Under the pieces are notes generated by a model that did not search any database, had not been told where the DNA came from, and saw nothing but the letters and a program-made list of their open reading frames with translations. Shown here piece after piece: positions 10,801 through 24,323 of a stretch of 64,000 nucleotides of DNA. Source of the DNA: Raillietiella orientalis (lineage: Eukaryota); contig JAYWIR010000031.1 of the NCBI GenBank assembly GCA_036172245.1, forward strand, positions 248,001-312,000. Reading direction: 5' to 3'. Position numbers and translations under genes: made by a program. How positions within the stretch are numbered: position 1 is the first letter of the stretch; the number at the start of each line of letters is the position of its first letter.

Positions 10801-13800
10801 TCCCAAACACATATTATTAAAAAATTAGAATTATGATTCGCATAAATCAATAATTCATCTACATTTTTAAGATATCACAAAGATAAAAAACAATATAATA
10901 AGTTCTATACACCGAGAAAAAACGAGGATACTTCGCCGGTATAAATAGAATTTCGTTTACTCTCGTTGCTAAGGTAATTGTAAGAACGCAAGTGGATGTG
11001 TCCATCTCAAACATTGATAGTGTGAACTCGTGTCGCGTACGTAAGGTAAAACCATGTACCAAACGAGTGTGAGTCCATAGTCCACGCCGATAATTTTCGC
11101 CGAAGCCATGGATGCATCCACAGCACTCACAGGGTTAAATACGAGAAGCCGCTGGGACGAAAGCAGCTTGACGGTCAAGAGCGTTCCCTCCAGAAAGAAA
11201 TAGGAGCTGACGAAGCAAAAAAGGAGGGTCCTGACTTAATTTCCAGCCTGCTCATCTTCGTCAGCCTTTGCGCTAACAGTTTCACCTCCCGTCCGGTGAG
11301 CGCGCGCGCGTGCTCAAAAAAAAAAGATAGAAGTAGGGGGAAGAACCTTCGCTGATGAAATCGGAAACGGACTGCGTAGATCTTCAGGCAGATGGCGCGG
11401 AACGGTCCTCATCGAAAGCTGACTTTGTTTTGCGAGACTTTCGTGCAGCCCGCACTGGCGTCTGTGAGCTCAGTGGGGAAAAGTGGTAGTTCCTCGGCTC
11501 TGCGAGAACCGTCGGCCCACTCAGGATCACGGAGCTCTCTGGGTGCAGGAGAAAGTCCACGTCCCTCTGATGACACAAAACTCACTTCTGGGACACTGCG
11601 AGGGGGAACCAAAAGACCAAGCCTCCCTCTCCAGGAATTCCCTTCTCGTCCGGATTGCTCACAGCCATCTGGAGACCCTCTGTCGAGGAATGGCAGCCGC
11701 TGCGCTTTGACTCTGAGGTTCGGAGCTCGTGCAGGGAGAAACAGTCCCTTGGATGGCAGCATCCATGTCCACTGTTGCGGGTGCGCGAACCGAAACAGCT
11801 AGGTGGCGGTGTGGATCTTTAAAGAGATCGGTTCAAAGGAAAAGGAGCACGTCAGCAGATGATTTCAAATACGAGGGGACTGCTGCTTTTTCACCTATCT
11901 CTATAAAGAATCGCTGTGATCATTACCAAGAATCATCATCATCACTAGAAACAAGGAGGAGGGCTTTCTGAAGATTTGTCTGAAGTGCATTCGAGTGCGG
12001 CTGTTGCCGCGAAGGGGAAGATCACAGCATGAAGTAGAACAGCTGTCAAGAAGACATCTGGACATTGCCAGGAGCAAGTCCCTTCCGTCCGTCATCCTGC
12101 GACTGCAGGGTGACGTGAAAGGGATTCATCCCTTACCCCAGCGCAAATCGGAAAGTGTCAAAACTGCTCTTTCCCCCTGGGCAGACTCCATTGCTGCATC
12201 CAACAGACCTGAATGAGGAATGACCGTTGCTGCATGGTGACTTTTCGTTAGCATGAACACTCCAAAGGAAGGAAGGTGCAGTTTCTCGATCCTGAAAGTC
12301 CTTCTTGTCATCCAACCAATGAAAGGGAGATAGAAAGAAATCATTAGAGACAACTTCCAGAAGGAAATGTGATGGTCTCTAGAAAGACATCAGTATCAGC
12401 AGAATTTGTCACAAGGGAATGGTAAATAGCGCAACTTGCACATCTCCATAACTCCTGCTGCACACTCTGGATCCGAAAACTGCCGGAAAAATTCATGCTT
12501 TGCGAAGGTCACACTGGAAAGAGACACCTCGAACATCTGGAGAAGAGTATCAAGGACTTCCAATCAAAATGGGGACCTTTTTGTTTGCTTTTGTTTGCTT
12601 AAAGAACCTGATAAAAGACGCACTGGAAGAGACCTGAAGATGTGCGTAATTTTTCATTCCATGTGTAAGCGCTTGAGGCTGGAATGGCCAGTGAGCTCTC
12701 TCCCGCTCTTGTACGGTTGCAATCGAGGTCGTCTGCCAACTAAATAACCAGAATGATGGTTATTTAGTTGTTAGCATCTAAATCTTTGTTCTTTAGAAAC
12801 TGAAGGAAGCGAAGCAGCGCTGGCTGAGCAGCTATTGATGCACAACAAGCAAGGAAGCAGCCCTGAATGTTTCCTAGACAACAACCTTATGCAGGCATGA
12901 TTCCAACGTTAAGCTCCCAACTGATGCTCGGGCGAACTGCGGTTCGTTTGTGCTGCAGACGCTCCCCACGGTGGGACTCTGCCCGAAGCGAAGCGGCGCG
13001 TTTTGCTTTTGCTTTCCAAAAAAAGAAAAGAAAAGAAAAGAAACAGCTCCACCTCCTCCTCACAGTCGGATGGAGTTAACTGACCATCTGCCTCCACCGA
13101 TAGGGAATATCAGTCGAGCCGATTCGTTTCCACGTGCGCCCCACTCTTGTCAGCGGCAAGCACACAGCCGCTCCGATACGGAGATCTCAAGTGACGAATA
13201 GTCAGTTTGGCTGCATCGTGAGCGTGCTGTTCTCTTTCATCGGCAGTGGAAACAGTTCTGAGGGACTCATCCTTAAACGTTGTTCCTCCCGTGTCTGGAT
13301 CCTTTGGAGGAGATGCTGTGCTTCTTTTTGGAAAGAGTCATTCTTTTTGGAAAGGCTGTTCGCTACGGATTTCTAGAGGAGACTCTGGAGATCGGAAAGC
13401 TGTTACCTAGTTTGGCATCCAGTCCCAGCCTCTCGAAGCAGCTACCCTCGGTTGTCTTTCTGGACTTTCGAAAAAAGGCGAGGGCGCTCTCGATCATCGA
13501 CGACTCTGAGGGAGAATCCACTTTTTCTTGAAGAAGAACGCGCATCGGCTCGGGAAAGTCGCTGTTTGTAGTGCAACTCGGGCTGCAGAGTGGAGAAGAT
13601 AACGGAGAGCTTTCAAAAAATGGACCTTTTCTTTTTCGGTCTCTCCCTTACAAATTAGGAAATCATGCAGCTCTGAGCACGTTCGATTTCAGTCAGTTCG
13701 CATCTCTGATGGAAACGCTGCTACAGCGATGTTTGACCTCTCGGTAGCCCATGGAATGTTTATCGAACACACCAGTCGCGCTTCAGCATCTGAGTCCTTC

Positions 13801-13950
13801 CGAGCACTCGCAATCTTATCGGGCAGCTCTCACGACGGAAAATGGAGTGTTTCCTTGAGTGTTCTCTCTGTCGCGATTGATATTCTTATCTTCAGCCGTG
13901 CCCCTAACTCGCTGGTTACAGTAATAATTTATTTTTTCTCCTCCTCTAAT
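7900..13950 (-). mobile_element. Near full-length degenerate BEL/Pao retrotransposon (gag-PR-RT-RH-IN), interrupted by a MITE
   Basis: Domains in the correct order on the minus strand: protease VDSPSESSMIESALA (~13500); RT HLPSFGV...LLDAA...TLSDL.WG (~12200) and QRLPFLDRGSP (~11690); RNase H KQSRTF..ERIPQL (~10070); integrase CGNCRQ...AADLPP (~8700) and ILTDNGT (~8405). Confidence 0.7.
10601..11134. mobile_element. piggyBac-like non-autonomous element (MITE), ~534 bp
   Basis: Left end TGAA|CCCTTTGGGTGC, right end GCACTCACAGGG|TTAA (TIR match 10/12). AT-rich non-coding interior; sits between the BEL RT and RNase H remnants. Confidence 0.6.
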
Positions 13951-14249
13951 AGGCAGTTCTAATTGTGGGATCACCAAGCAGTTCAGAAGGCAGGTCTGTT
14001 GTTAGAGGTGGAATAAAATCCTTCAGCAGTTGCGGATGGATTTCGTTTCGTTTCTTTCTTTTTTTTTTCGTGTCGTTTTCCTTTTCCTTCGCGGAGCAGC
14101 GGATGCAAGCTGGGTACCTTACCCATCATCACTCTCAGGTGGACCGAAACTCGGACACCACACAATATTGTGATCAAAATGCTTAACGCGACGGATATGC
14201 CGGCTCAAAATAACTCCAGAGATAATTCGGTGCCCACAGGCAACTTCCG

Positions 14250-15030
14250 AAGATGCAGTAAAATCGAGGACCATGACTAACGATGCCTGGAAGTGGGAGC
14301 ACCAAGTTTGGTTGAAATCGAATCAACGAAAGTCACCATGGTCAAAGCTGAAAAGCTCAAGCCATTTGACATAAAGCGTAAGCTTGAGCTTGGCTTGGCT
14401 TCCAGGCATCGTTCTGAAACATAACTGACTGAAATCGAACGCGCTGATCAGGAATTGCATCAAGGGTCCATGTAGAGGAATGCCCGGATCACGTGCGCGC
14501 TCGAAGGGCTGCAAACTACACCGGAAGATTCACGGGAAAGCTGGCTCTCGGAATGGTCGAGAACTCGCAGGGTCCAGTGTGTGTCAGATTGACAGAACAA
14601 AACAAAAACTTCGCTCCCGTCGCAGTGGGTTGCTTGAAATCCGAGAACAGTGGTTCTTGCATTTCAAGTCGATCGCTCCTTTCGCTCCTTGCTTAAAATG
14701 GTTTCCGGGACGTCTGGAGGAAATGCCGTCAGCACCGAACACGATGCCTGGAAGCACCTTGCGATCAGTTGGAGCGAGATCTGCGGTTCTGATCCTCGGG
14801 ACAATTTTGGGGAGCGGTCTGCAACATGTCCGATCGATTACACATCCCTTGGTCTCGTGAGCCAGCCGTACTCGTGCGTTGTATTCTAAAGAGAGTGCGC
14901 AGAGTCATCTATGAGAGCAGACTGAAACGTTTCTCCTTCTCACGGCCGCACAGGAAGCCTTCGCATTTGCCACAGCACTTTGTGGATTGGAAACACGGCG
15001 TTATAGTTATCTATCAAATGATCTTGTAAA
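14250..15030 (+). mobile_element. BEL/Pao integrase remnant
   Basis: RAANYTG (~DNATNF.G), EQWFLHFKSIAPFAP (~W.F.PP.AP), ITHPL (~NSRPL), HLPQHFVDWK (~FW.RW). Confidence 0.55.
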
Positions 15031-15099
15031 AAGTTCATGGAACGGTAGATATTGATGTGTACCATAAATCACATAAGCATATTAACGAAATGTATTTAA

Positions 15100-18035
15100 T
15101 CAATGAAGTATTATTTAACCAACTAATTTGCATCAAAGTGGTGTTTTATACATGTAACTATATCTTGGGAAAGAAATTGAAAATGAACTTTAGTTTGTGA
15201 AGATGCAGAGTATCGCACGAATTTTAAAAATTGCAGATACTGAGTTCAAATAGATGCAGAAACTGAAAACTAAAGATAAAAAAAAAAAAAAAATCATCTG
15301 AAGTACTTATAAAACTTATAAAGACGCACTCCGCTCATTGAATCCACTCACTGAAAAAACAGGATTATCAAGGATACATTTCTGCTATAAAAAGAACTAA
15401 TAATTGGAAACCTTTTCGTGATTGAGAAAAGCAATCAGAATTTCACAATAATTCAAATTCAGTAAATGAAAATAATTAGATTAAGCTCGGCTTCCGAACG
15501 ATTGAGTGTACTCAATTAAGCAAAGATCAGTACATTATCCAATACGTTGCAAAGCATTAAGATGAGAAACTGAACTCTACCAAAACATTTGGATTTAATG
15601 ATGGTTTTACATATCTTGAATAAAATCGATACAGTTTTATGACCGTAAGACCGACTAGCTTAACCATCATATGGTGTAAAATCATGAAGTGTGAAGCCCT
15701 CCGGGTTCACATCCTCTTGCCTATTCTCCTCACTATTACTGCCTCGAAGATGAGATCCTTTTTAACGAAGCATCCTTGAGATGATCAGACTCTTCTAGAA
15801 TAAACATGATTTCATTTACGATGCAATGGAATATAAGAACTTCAAACAAGCTAGTTCGAAATGAAACCTTGGTAGCAATTCAACTATCACATTCCTGGAT
15901 TCATCGTAATGACAAATATAATGAAACACTAAAAACTCTTCAGGAAATTTTTTACATGCCGTCCATTCTGAAGAATCAGAAAAAAGTTTCTGACAATGCT
16001 GGAATTTTTCCGACTTCAATCAGATTACATCAACTTGGCGAAAAGTCTTGGCAAAAATGGTGAAAAGCACTTGCATGCTATCAGTAGCTGTAAATGCTAT
16101 TGGCTGCAGGATAAAATTCATGTTTTTTTGAAATAAACATCTAAAGATTAACATTCATGTTTTTCAATATTCATGTTTTCCATTAATGTTTTTTAATAAA
16201 ATTTTTCAATTCAAGTCATGAAACGAAGAAATGCCAGTTTATGATTAAAAGAGGAAATGTGCCTTCTGTTGAGAAAAAAGCTGAGATAGTAATGACAAAA
16301 TGAAAAGAACACTTCGGCAAGTAAAAAGGAATTCACTCGACTCAGGTCTTGCTACAAGATTGCAATAACTGATTTGAGAAGCAAATGTTCAGAAAATGTT
16401 TAGAGAATCCGGAAAGTTGCGATGTTGAGAAGCAGGCCGGGAATGATGTCAAAAGGTTGGTCCATATTTCGAAAACACGTGGAGCACAGCGTCCTTCGAT
16501 GTTGGAACGAATTCTTTGTGAGCCAAACAACTGCTTCCCCGGAATCGAAAATGCTGAGGTATCGAAACGTAAGATGCAAATTCCGAGAGTTTGTCATATT
16601 TTCGAGAGTCTGCCATAGTTATCTGAAGATGAACGTGAAATTAACGATGGTAGGAATAATTGCAGGGATGATGAATTTGTCTCAGGCAAACAGCTGACAC
16701 TCGGAAACAAGTAAGGTGACCTCAAATGTGTATATTATATATAATCTGGTATTTCTCTTGCAGTGTACGTATTGCCATTGGATGTAATAGACATTATGAA
16801 ATTTCCGGAGCCACTTGAGAATTATGAAATGTTAAGGAAGAAATTAGAAGAACATTATGGCAGCTTAAAAAAAAAAATGAAGAAACATAATTCTTCCAAG
16901 TCTTTATTCTGCTGCACTACTGGACAGCTGCTGGAATTCAAAATAATGGAAGTATTGTACTCTATTGAGAGTGGGACACTTTGTGCTTCAACCTTGGTGC
17001 TGCAAAAATGCTTTGCCGCTTTCGTCCGCGTGGATGAAAAATGCAGAAGTAATAAAAAAAAGAGTGACAGCAGCTCCTTTGGCTACACAGATATCTCATA
17101 TGCCCCTTCCAGTAATAACAGCTTCGTGGAGAATGTCTTAAACTGAATTGAAGATGCCATCTCCAATAGGCACGAGACGCTTGGTGAACGTGACTGCCAG
17201 ATCGACTATTTTGCTACTTTCGAGTATCCATTAATTTGACGAAATGAATGCTTTCTAAAGCAAAGTATTATTTCAAAACACTTGAAATTATACAAGACAA
17301 CTGAAAACACAAAAATACTAAGCAAACAAGTGCACCTACATATTCTTCAGATTTTAGGAACACCTTTAATGAAGACACAAAAACAATTTGAATGCCAAAA
17401 ATTGACAATCTTAACCAATCTGTTATTAATCTGAAAAAGGCTCGGAACGACCTTATACGTACTCAAGCCGTGATCGAGGATTGTCTAATTGTCTATGCAA
17501 AGTTTTGGCCACTTTTGGACACCGGCAGCTCAAATCACTGTCGAGGGGGGGATCTGTCCATAGAAATCTTCAGGCCCTTCGTCGAGAAGAAATGGAAATG
17601 AAATCAAATGCCATTTATTTTTATGCAAAACCCTGATCGAACAATCACGAAAATATTGCTGGAAATACAATGAATTGCATTGACGATACAGTTCTTGATT
17701 GTTTTCCATTTCCTTTGTTTCTTAAAAAACCAGGAATTGATTTCACCTTTAACCCACAGTAGACTTTCAAGTTTAACAGGCAATTCTATTTTTTCCGCCA
17801 TAACCAACCAACCAAGCATTTTATATATGATGGAAAAATAGGAATAAAAAGATAAAGACGTACGTTGCGCGAATTTTTGTTGCAGTCTTCATGTCTCAAA
17901 CGTAAAATTTATACGTCACATAATATGCTTGTATTTTGGGATCTAGTGGCAGGGCATTTGGGGCCCCTGTACCGCTATGGTATATCGTACCGTAACGTGT
18001 AGTCAGCCGTAGCAAATTCTAAAAATAAGCCCTTG
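15100..18035 (+). mobile_element. Degenerate hAT (BED-type) DNA transposon
   Basis: YSFMTV, SDNAG, KTR[W]S..MLERI, and dimerization-like TPAAQITVEG...FIFMQN, in order. Intron-like gtaag...ttgcag at ~16711-16763. Possible right terminus AAATAAGCCCTTG ending at 18035. AT-rich, many stops. Confidence 0.65.
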
Positions 18036-18099
18036 AAAAAGAAAAAAACTCTGAGCATGCACTCAAACAAAGCAGTTATGATGTAGGATACGGCTGTTT

Positions 18100-21000
18100 T
18101 CATTGACTGAACCATGGGTTAAATTTGACCTTATTCAAGACAAGAGTGCCAACACCATTCCTGTTATCTGGCAGAAACAAAAATTACAGTTCTGCAAGTT
18201 GCATACTTTGTGCAGGTCAACTCTGAATGTAACATACTTCTGTTCGAGTACTTCAGTCTTGGGTTGTGACCTAGGAGCTTCACTCAGTTTAAAGTTATTT
18301 CACTGGTCAAAAGAAACAGGAGTCAATAAAACAGTCAAAATAATTTGTAAATAATTGAATCATTAAAGCATTAGATTTAAAATGCCATAACAACTGATAA
18401 TATAGCTGCAAACAGTAGCTCTCATTTATCAATAAACAAAGACAATTTTCGATCTACTGTTAGCTTGACATCATTCTCCAGAAATACAATAGAGTATGAT
18501 TACCATAACAGATTTGGTACACTTAAACCTTAAAGAGCTATAGATGAACAAGTCAAAATCTCAAGATCTCAAATAGATGAACTACCAATTCAGTATTACA
18601 ATTTATAACATACAATGTAAAAGATAAGACATCTTGCATTTAAGTTACTTATAAACAAAACTATATTTACATTACTTTCCATTCTACTGATGACACACAA
18701 TAGATGTTTTAAGTCCACAAATCAGTTTAAGTCTCCGTAAGTTCAAAGAATGTTTGTACCCTGACTCCATATACAGTAAAACTTGACACTTAAATCCGTT
18801 TACCAATGCACCAACCTCCAAACAACATTTGATGTTTGCGATCTTTTGACCTATCTTTTGACCTTTTGATCTGTCTTTGGAGGAAACAACTATTTCCACT
18901 GTCTGCTATCCAATCAACCAGAATGAATTGATGTAAGAAGATTATGTTTGCATATAACATGCATAATCAGGTGTCCATATAAGGATTTTGCTGACACAAG
19001 TCTACCCCTATGATCAACCAAGTACATTAGCAGGGAACTGATTTAAACAAAAGAGGAAATCATAACCAAATTCTTGCAGCCTTTCTTGCACAATCGTGTT
19101 TCATGACATTTTCAAAATCAGCATCACTGAATCATTCACTCTGCCCCATTTTACTAGAGATATCAATATGTAAGTATGTTTCTAAATTTCATTTTAGTTG
19201 CAACAATGAAAAATGATATTGAGCTAATGCAGAAATACACTTCTCCACTGCAATACGTGCATGTATGTTTCTTTTTGTTGATGCATGAAATGTTTAACAA
19301 AACTTGCTTCACTTCATTACCTACAATGGATATAACTTAGTCAAGATTTTGAGATCCTTGTTGTATAACATTCAACTCGAATCAACTTTGCATCACTCTT
19401 TATGTTCCATGAAAGAAATTAGTACCATGATGTGTACAAAATACAGAAGAACGCTCAATTCATTCCTTAAATTCTGTCCTTCAGTTGGAGTACAGATGCT
19501 CTCCACAAGCTAGAGGGCACCTATATCGAAAAACATCTACATATATCTGAAACTCTGATAATAGTAAAAGGCTTCATTGTAATCTGCACACCAAATCACC
19601 CCATATACATTTATTTGAATATCTAACAACTCTGCAATTTCGAACAAAAATATTCTGAATAATTTCACATGTTATTGTGTTTCTTCTTGATGTGCATACA
19701 ACTCAAAAATGCACTATTCAAACAATTTGACATTGAAGGAATCACAGAATCAATCAACAATACTCACAAGATATTAAGAAAACAAACTGTATGTGCTTAC
19801 AGAGAACTGTTTTGATCACAAGACTAATTATTTCTGAAAGTACCTATCTTGGAAACATATTACGAGAATCTGGAAGCATGCCTCTTATAGGTGCACAAAT
19901 GGGCAATGAGGTTTTACCAAAAGTGTTTTTCACACAAGTTTCAACAGAAAGTTATGGCAAAAATAAGCAATGTAAATAAACTGCCGTAGATTGACCTATC
20001 TTTCTTCAATTCATTTTCCTGAAAAGCATCAAAATCAGGGAGATGCATATTTAATTTCCAATGTTACAGTAAGGCAAAGCATATCAGCAGTTACTCAGTT
20101 ATGCCCATTTGGGGCCAAAAGACATACATCTTTTGAATCCTTGAAATGCCCTGCAAATTAAATTCATGCTTCAAATATTCTGACTGCTGTTCCAAGATGT
20201 GCACTTGTTTCTTTATCTTCAGCATCAAAAACCTTGACAAAAAATGGGATAATGCCAAAATACATTACTTTAACAAACATTTCACAATGAGAATAAAACT
20301 TTATTATAGAATTGTTATTAGATGAGAATCAGGAAATTAGAACTTTTCATGCTTTAGAAGCACAGAATACTCTGCATTGAGAATGACTGATCCAACCATT
20401 GCAATTCATGATAAAACTTATTCCAAGTTATCTGTTTTTTTTCCGCATAGACATGAAGAAATCACTCAAAAGATGGGGCATTTGGTTTGTATTTAGTGAT
20501 AAACCTGTGCAACAACAAGACCTACAAATTAACTCTCTCTCAATAGATTTTAAGGAAGCATGGTGATCATCATTTTGTACACACTGAAAGCACTGTTGAT
20601 TCCTGAGAAATATGTTCAAATATCTAAAAATCTGATGTCAATACACATACTTCAGTACTGAACATACATTAAAATAATCTCTTAGATTAGTCCGTTTATT
20701 GATACAAAGAAATAAAATCTTATGAAACTGCAAGAAGCAGAACAAACTAACATGCATGTGGATTACTCCACATACATATCTGGCGAACATCAGGTAATGC
20801 AAATTAGCACTTTTTTAAAGAAGTCTTAGAAACCACCAAGTAAGCCTTCTGCAAACAGTCATGGGACTGGTTTTGGACTGGATATCAGTAAATCCAACCA
20901 CTTTTAAGATTGGATTTTAAGAATAAAGACATTGCATCACTGAGAAAATGAGTTCAAATCCATACATTACCATCATTGGTGAGGATTCTTCCTTGTATCT

Positions 21001-21800
21001 GAAAATGTTCCCTTTGGTAACAGAAAAACATGTAGATTATACAGGTTTCATTATTATCCAAATCAGTAAGCAAACATAAGTTTACTGCACTTGGAAATAT
21101 AAAAGAGTTTGTTAATGTTAATGATCAATAACCAACCTTCTGAATTTGCCTGGACTGCAACTTTCCATTGAGAATACCTCCAAAATAAAAATACCATGAT
21201 TGAAAATTCCTTTTTAAAATGTTGACTGTAGAATACAAACAAAAACAAAATTACACACACTAGAAATATGGTGCAATATCATTTATTCAGGTAACTGAAT
21301 TTTACAGATTGGCAACATTGAAAAACCAAACAGACGCAATCAAAACACATTTCCGTTATCTAATCATTGAAACTAATTACGAAATGGTTTCTTTGCAGAA
21401 GCATGTAAATTCAAAATCTGAAGTTTACATCACTTAGTCGAGCCTATTCTCCTCACACCGGCCTCTTCAACCTATTTGACAAGATTTTAAAAGATTTCCT
21501 GAAAAGTGCAACAAGTGATGCACATCACCTCTTTCTACCTCAGCTCCACCCAGTACCTGAACCTTATTGCAAACGAAATCAAAACTGTAACTTTTTTCAA
21601 GCATTTTTAAAATTCATGGTTTCGTGTGATGCTGTGCTCTCTTCCCCACCGAAAGAGATCGGAAACTCTTTATTTACTGTGAGGTACAGCCCACACTCTC
21701 TTCATGATTGACCAGGGTTCTTCATGGGCAGCTCTGCAAGCAGCTGTACAATGCAGAACCGGGGACTTGACGAAAGAAAGTACATGACTTAAATACTGCA
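18100..21800 (-). mobile_element. Possible CMC (CACTA/EnSpm-Mirage-Chapaev) transposase remnant
   Basis: Ordered minus-strand motif relics: VTADML (~20080), VMH (~19695; DxMH), WRAS (~19500; WKAxE), YMHVL (~19260), KWG...FSDADFEN (~19120). AT-rich; ends not found. Confidence 0.35.
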
Positions 21801-22399
21801 AAACCGAATACGAAGTTTACAATACTTTTAACGTTCCGAGAAACATTGAGTATTGTGCATTGATGCGTGATTTCTCAATTGCACCGAAAGAGAAGCTCTG
21901 ACGAGCCGACACTCCCAGTGCATTACAATTTCGGCAGACAAAACGTTCATGAAACTTCTTTCCTAATTAAACCAGCTATGGAAGATGGTCAGTGATCTTG
22001 CATGGTGACCGGAAGCCTTGACGTACTTATTTCACCTCTACAAAGAACAGGTTGCATTTCTGCAGAGAATCACGATGGATCTGAAGATGGACTAAGGGTT
22101 AACCACATGAACCTTCCTAATGGACATTCGATCTCTGGAGAACAAAAGGAGAAGAAACAAAAGAAGCTCTGTAATTTGTTTTTTCCTTCGTCTATTTTTT
22201 TAGGATAGAGGATAGTGGACGAAACGGTGCATCAACTTGAAGAAAAAGACAAACAAATTGTTTTAACAAATGCAATTTTAAATACAAAAATTAGCATCAT
22301 CAAAATAGGAATCTAGGTGGATAAGATTGTCTACTCTTAGAAGCAACACGTCAATTAAGTTCCCATTTTTTGTTCTCCAAACTGAGAAGCTCGGTAAGA

Positions 22400-24300
22400 A
22401 TATTTTGACAATTCTTACGAGAAAAATGCATTTTCTAGAAAACTTGGTTTGTAAGATGGATTTTCATTCCAAGATTAGAAACTGCACAAACTCGACAGAG
22501 GAATGATTAGCAGGCGCTGTCGAAATGCACTACTGGCAACGCCAGCCCATTTTCAAGGGAGTGCAACCATCATTGCTTGCAGTTGCATTCGAAATCAAAG
22601 CGTAGAGCAAATCTTAACATACCAATCGTATCAGATGAGGGCTGAAAAAAGCAATGTATATCAGGTAAACAATCTTCGAGTGACCTCAGGCAATTCGCAA
22701 GCAGCGAACGCTTCTAGCTATTACCAGCTGCATGATAACGCACTCTCTTCTAATTTGTAAGAGTCTGTACGCCCGGAGCTGTCGTAGCCATGAGCTCTTT
22801 CCACCACAAGAATTTTTTTCCCATTCCTTGGAAGTTTCATTTGTCCTCCCTCGCTCTTTCAACTAACGCCAGTGAAAGCAAAGAAACCATAGGAAAGCGG
22901 TGAAACAGCTGCCACTCGCCATCAGGAGTCTCCAGACTCCGTTCTAATGGCTCTTTCAAATTTCTGTTCAAGCTTCGAAAGATCTCCAATGCGGAAGACG
23001 TATTCAGATCGCTTTTCTGGCTCCATCTTTGCAGAGCAGGAAAAGCGAAGCGTCGGCGGATTGTTCAGAATTGCCCTTTCTCCCCGGTTCAGCACACGGA
23101 GGTGCGCCAGGAAGAATGAGTTCTCGAATGGTCAACTTTGATTGCTAAGCCGGAAACAGCTAAGAAATAATACTCCTTCGTATCGGAACTCAGTTTTTCA
23201 GCAGATGGCACCTCTTGGTCACTTTTCTCATAATGAAAGTGATCAGAGTGGGACTGATGCCAGTCCCAAATTTCGAGCTTAATTTCATTCTTAATTTCAA
23301 TGTGGATACCACCGATGAGTCTCAAGGGGCACGCAGTGGCATATGGTATCCGTGTAGTCCAGTGACTCCAAACTCGATTTCCTCTGCTGCTTCTGCTCCA
23401 GTCTTTCAATCTGTTCTCCTCGCTCTTGCTCACGACGTTCACTCCGCACAGTTAGATCCTGCAGATGCGGAGGCAGAGAACTACTGTTTCTGATAAGTTT
23501 CATTAGGTTCCTGAGTTTGCCGGTAAGAAACGAACGTTCTTGAGCCACCTTAAACGACCATTTGGTAGAAAATCGGGTTATCTTTTGCTCCTGGAAACCG
23601 TTGCTCCCGTCGTCAAGCTATTAACACACGTAAACCCTACGCACTCTCTGATAAAACAGATGAAAACAGCAGATCGCAGATTTCCAGTAGATGAGGGTTC
23701 TCGGGAAAAAAAGGCGTTCGTCTTGTGAAGATGCTCATCTCTTCACGCTATTTACAGTTCTTGTCAACAAGTACATCCGGGTTGTGAGAGGGGGAACTGC
23801 TCTCCTCTCACAACCTGGATGAACGCGCTGAATCTTGGCCCTGTATATTATGCATCGAAATGCATGCAAATCGACACACCCGAATTACATGGAGGATGCT
23901 GGACAAGAATTCAGCTGCCGAGTCCACCCCTTCTAACCCCTTTTAGAGATTATTCGTCTTTAGGATACCTTGCTCCTAAAGTTAGTCCCTCTTCGTTTGA
24001 TTCTTTCGACATTTCTGATGGAACATGTCGCTTTTGACTTTATTTATTTTTTCCTCAGATTCATTTGCTCTCTTCCAAACAAAGAGCAGATCAAAGCAAA
24101 AAGACGCGTTCGACCAAGGTTTTGGAAATGAGCCTTGCAGAACTATCTTATTCATGTTGGTTGTTGTCGCGAACCATCGGTTAACCATCCGGGGTGCAAC
24201 GCTGGACTCTTGTGCATCTGGTCTATCTAAGCAAAAGACGACGACAAGAAGGGTATGGACCACCACCGGTGGCCTTCACCAAGACTTTGGAAGCAAACGG
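22400..24300 (-). mobile_element. BEL/Pao gag-protease-RT remnant
   Basis: LDDGS and AQERSFLTGKL..LMKL (protease ~DSGSQRSFIT), LIG, ALRFD...SLENGL (~RVVFDAS..SLN.L). Confidence 0.5.
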
Positions 24301-24323
24301 CAGCTTTGGACCGGCAGAAAGTT

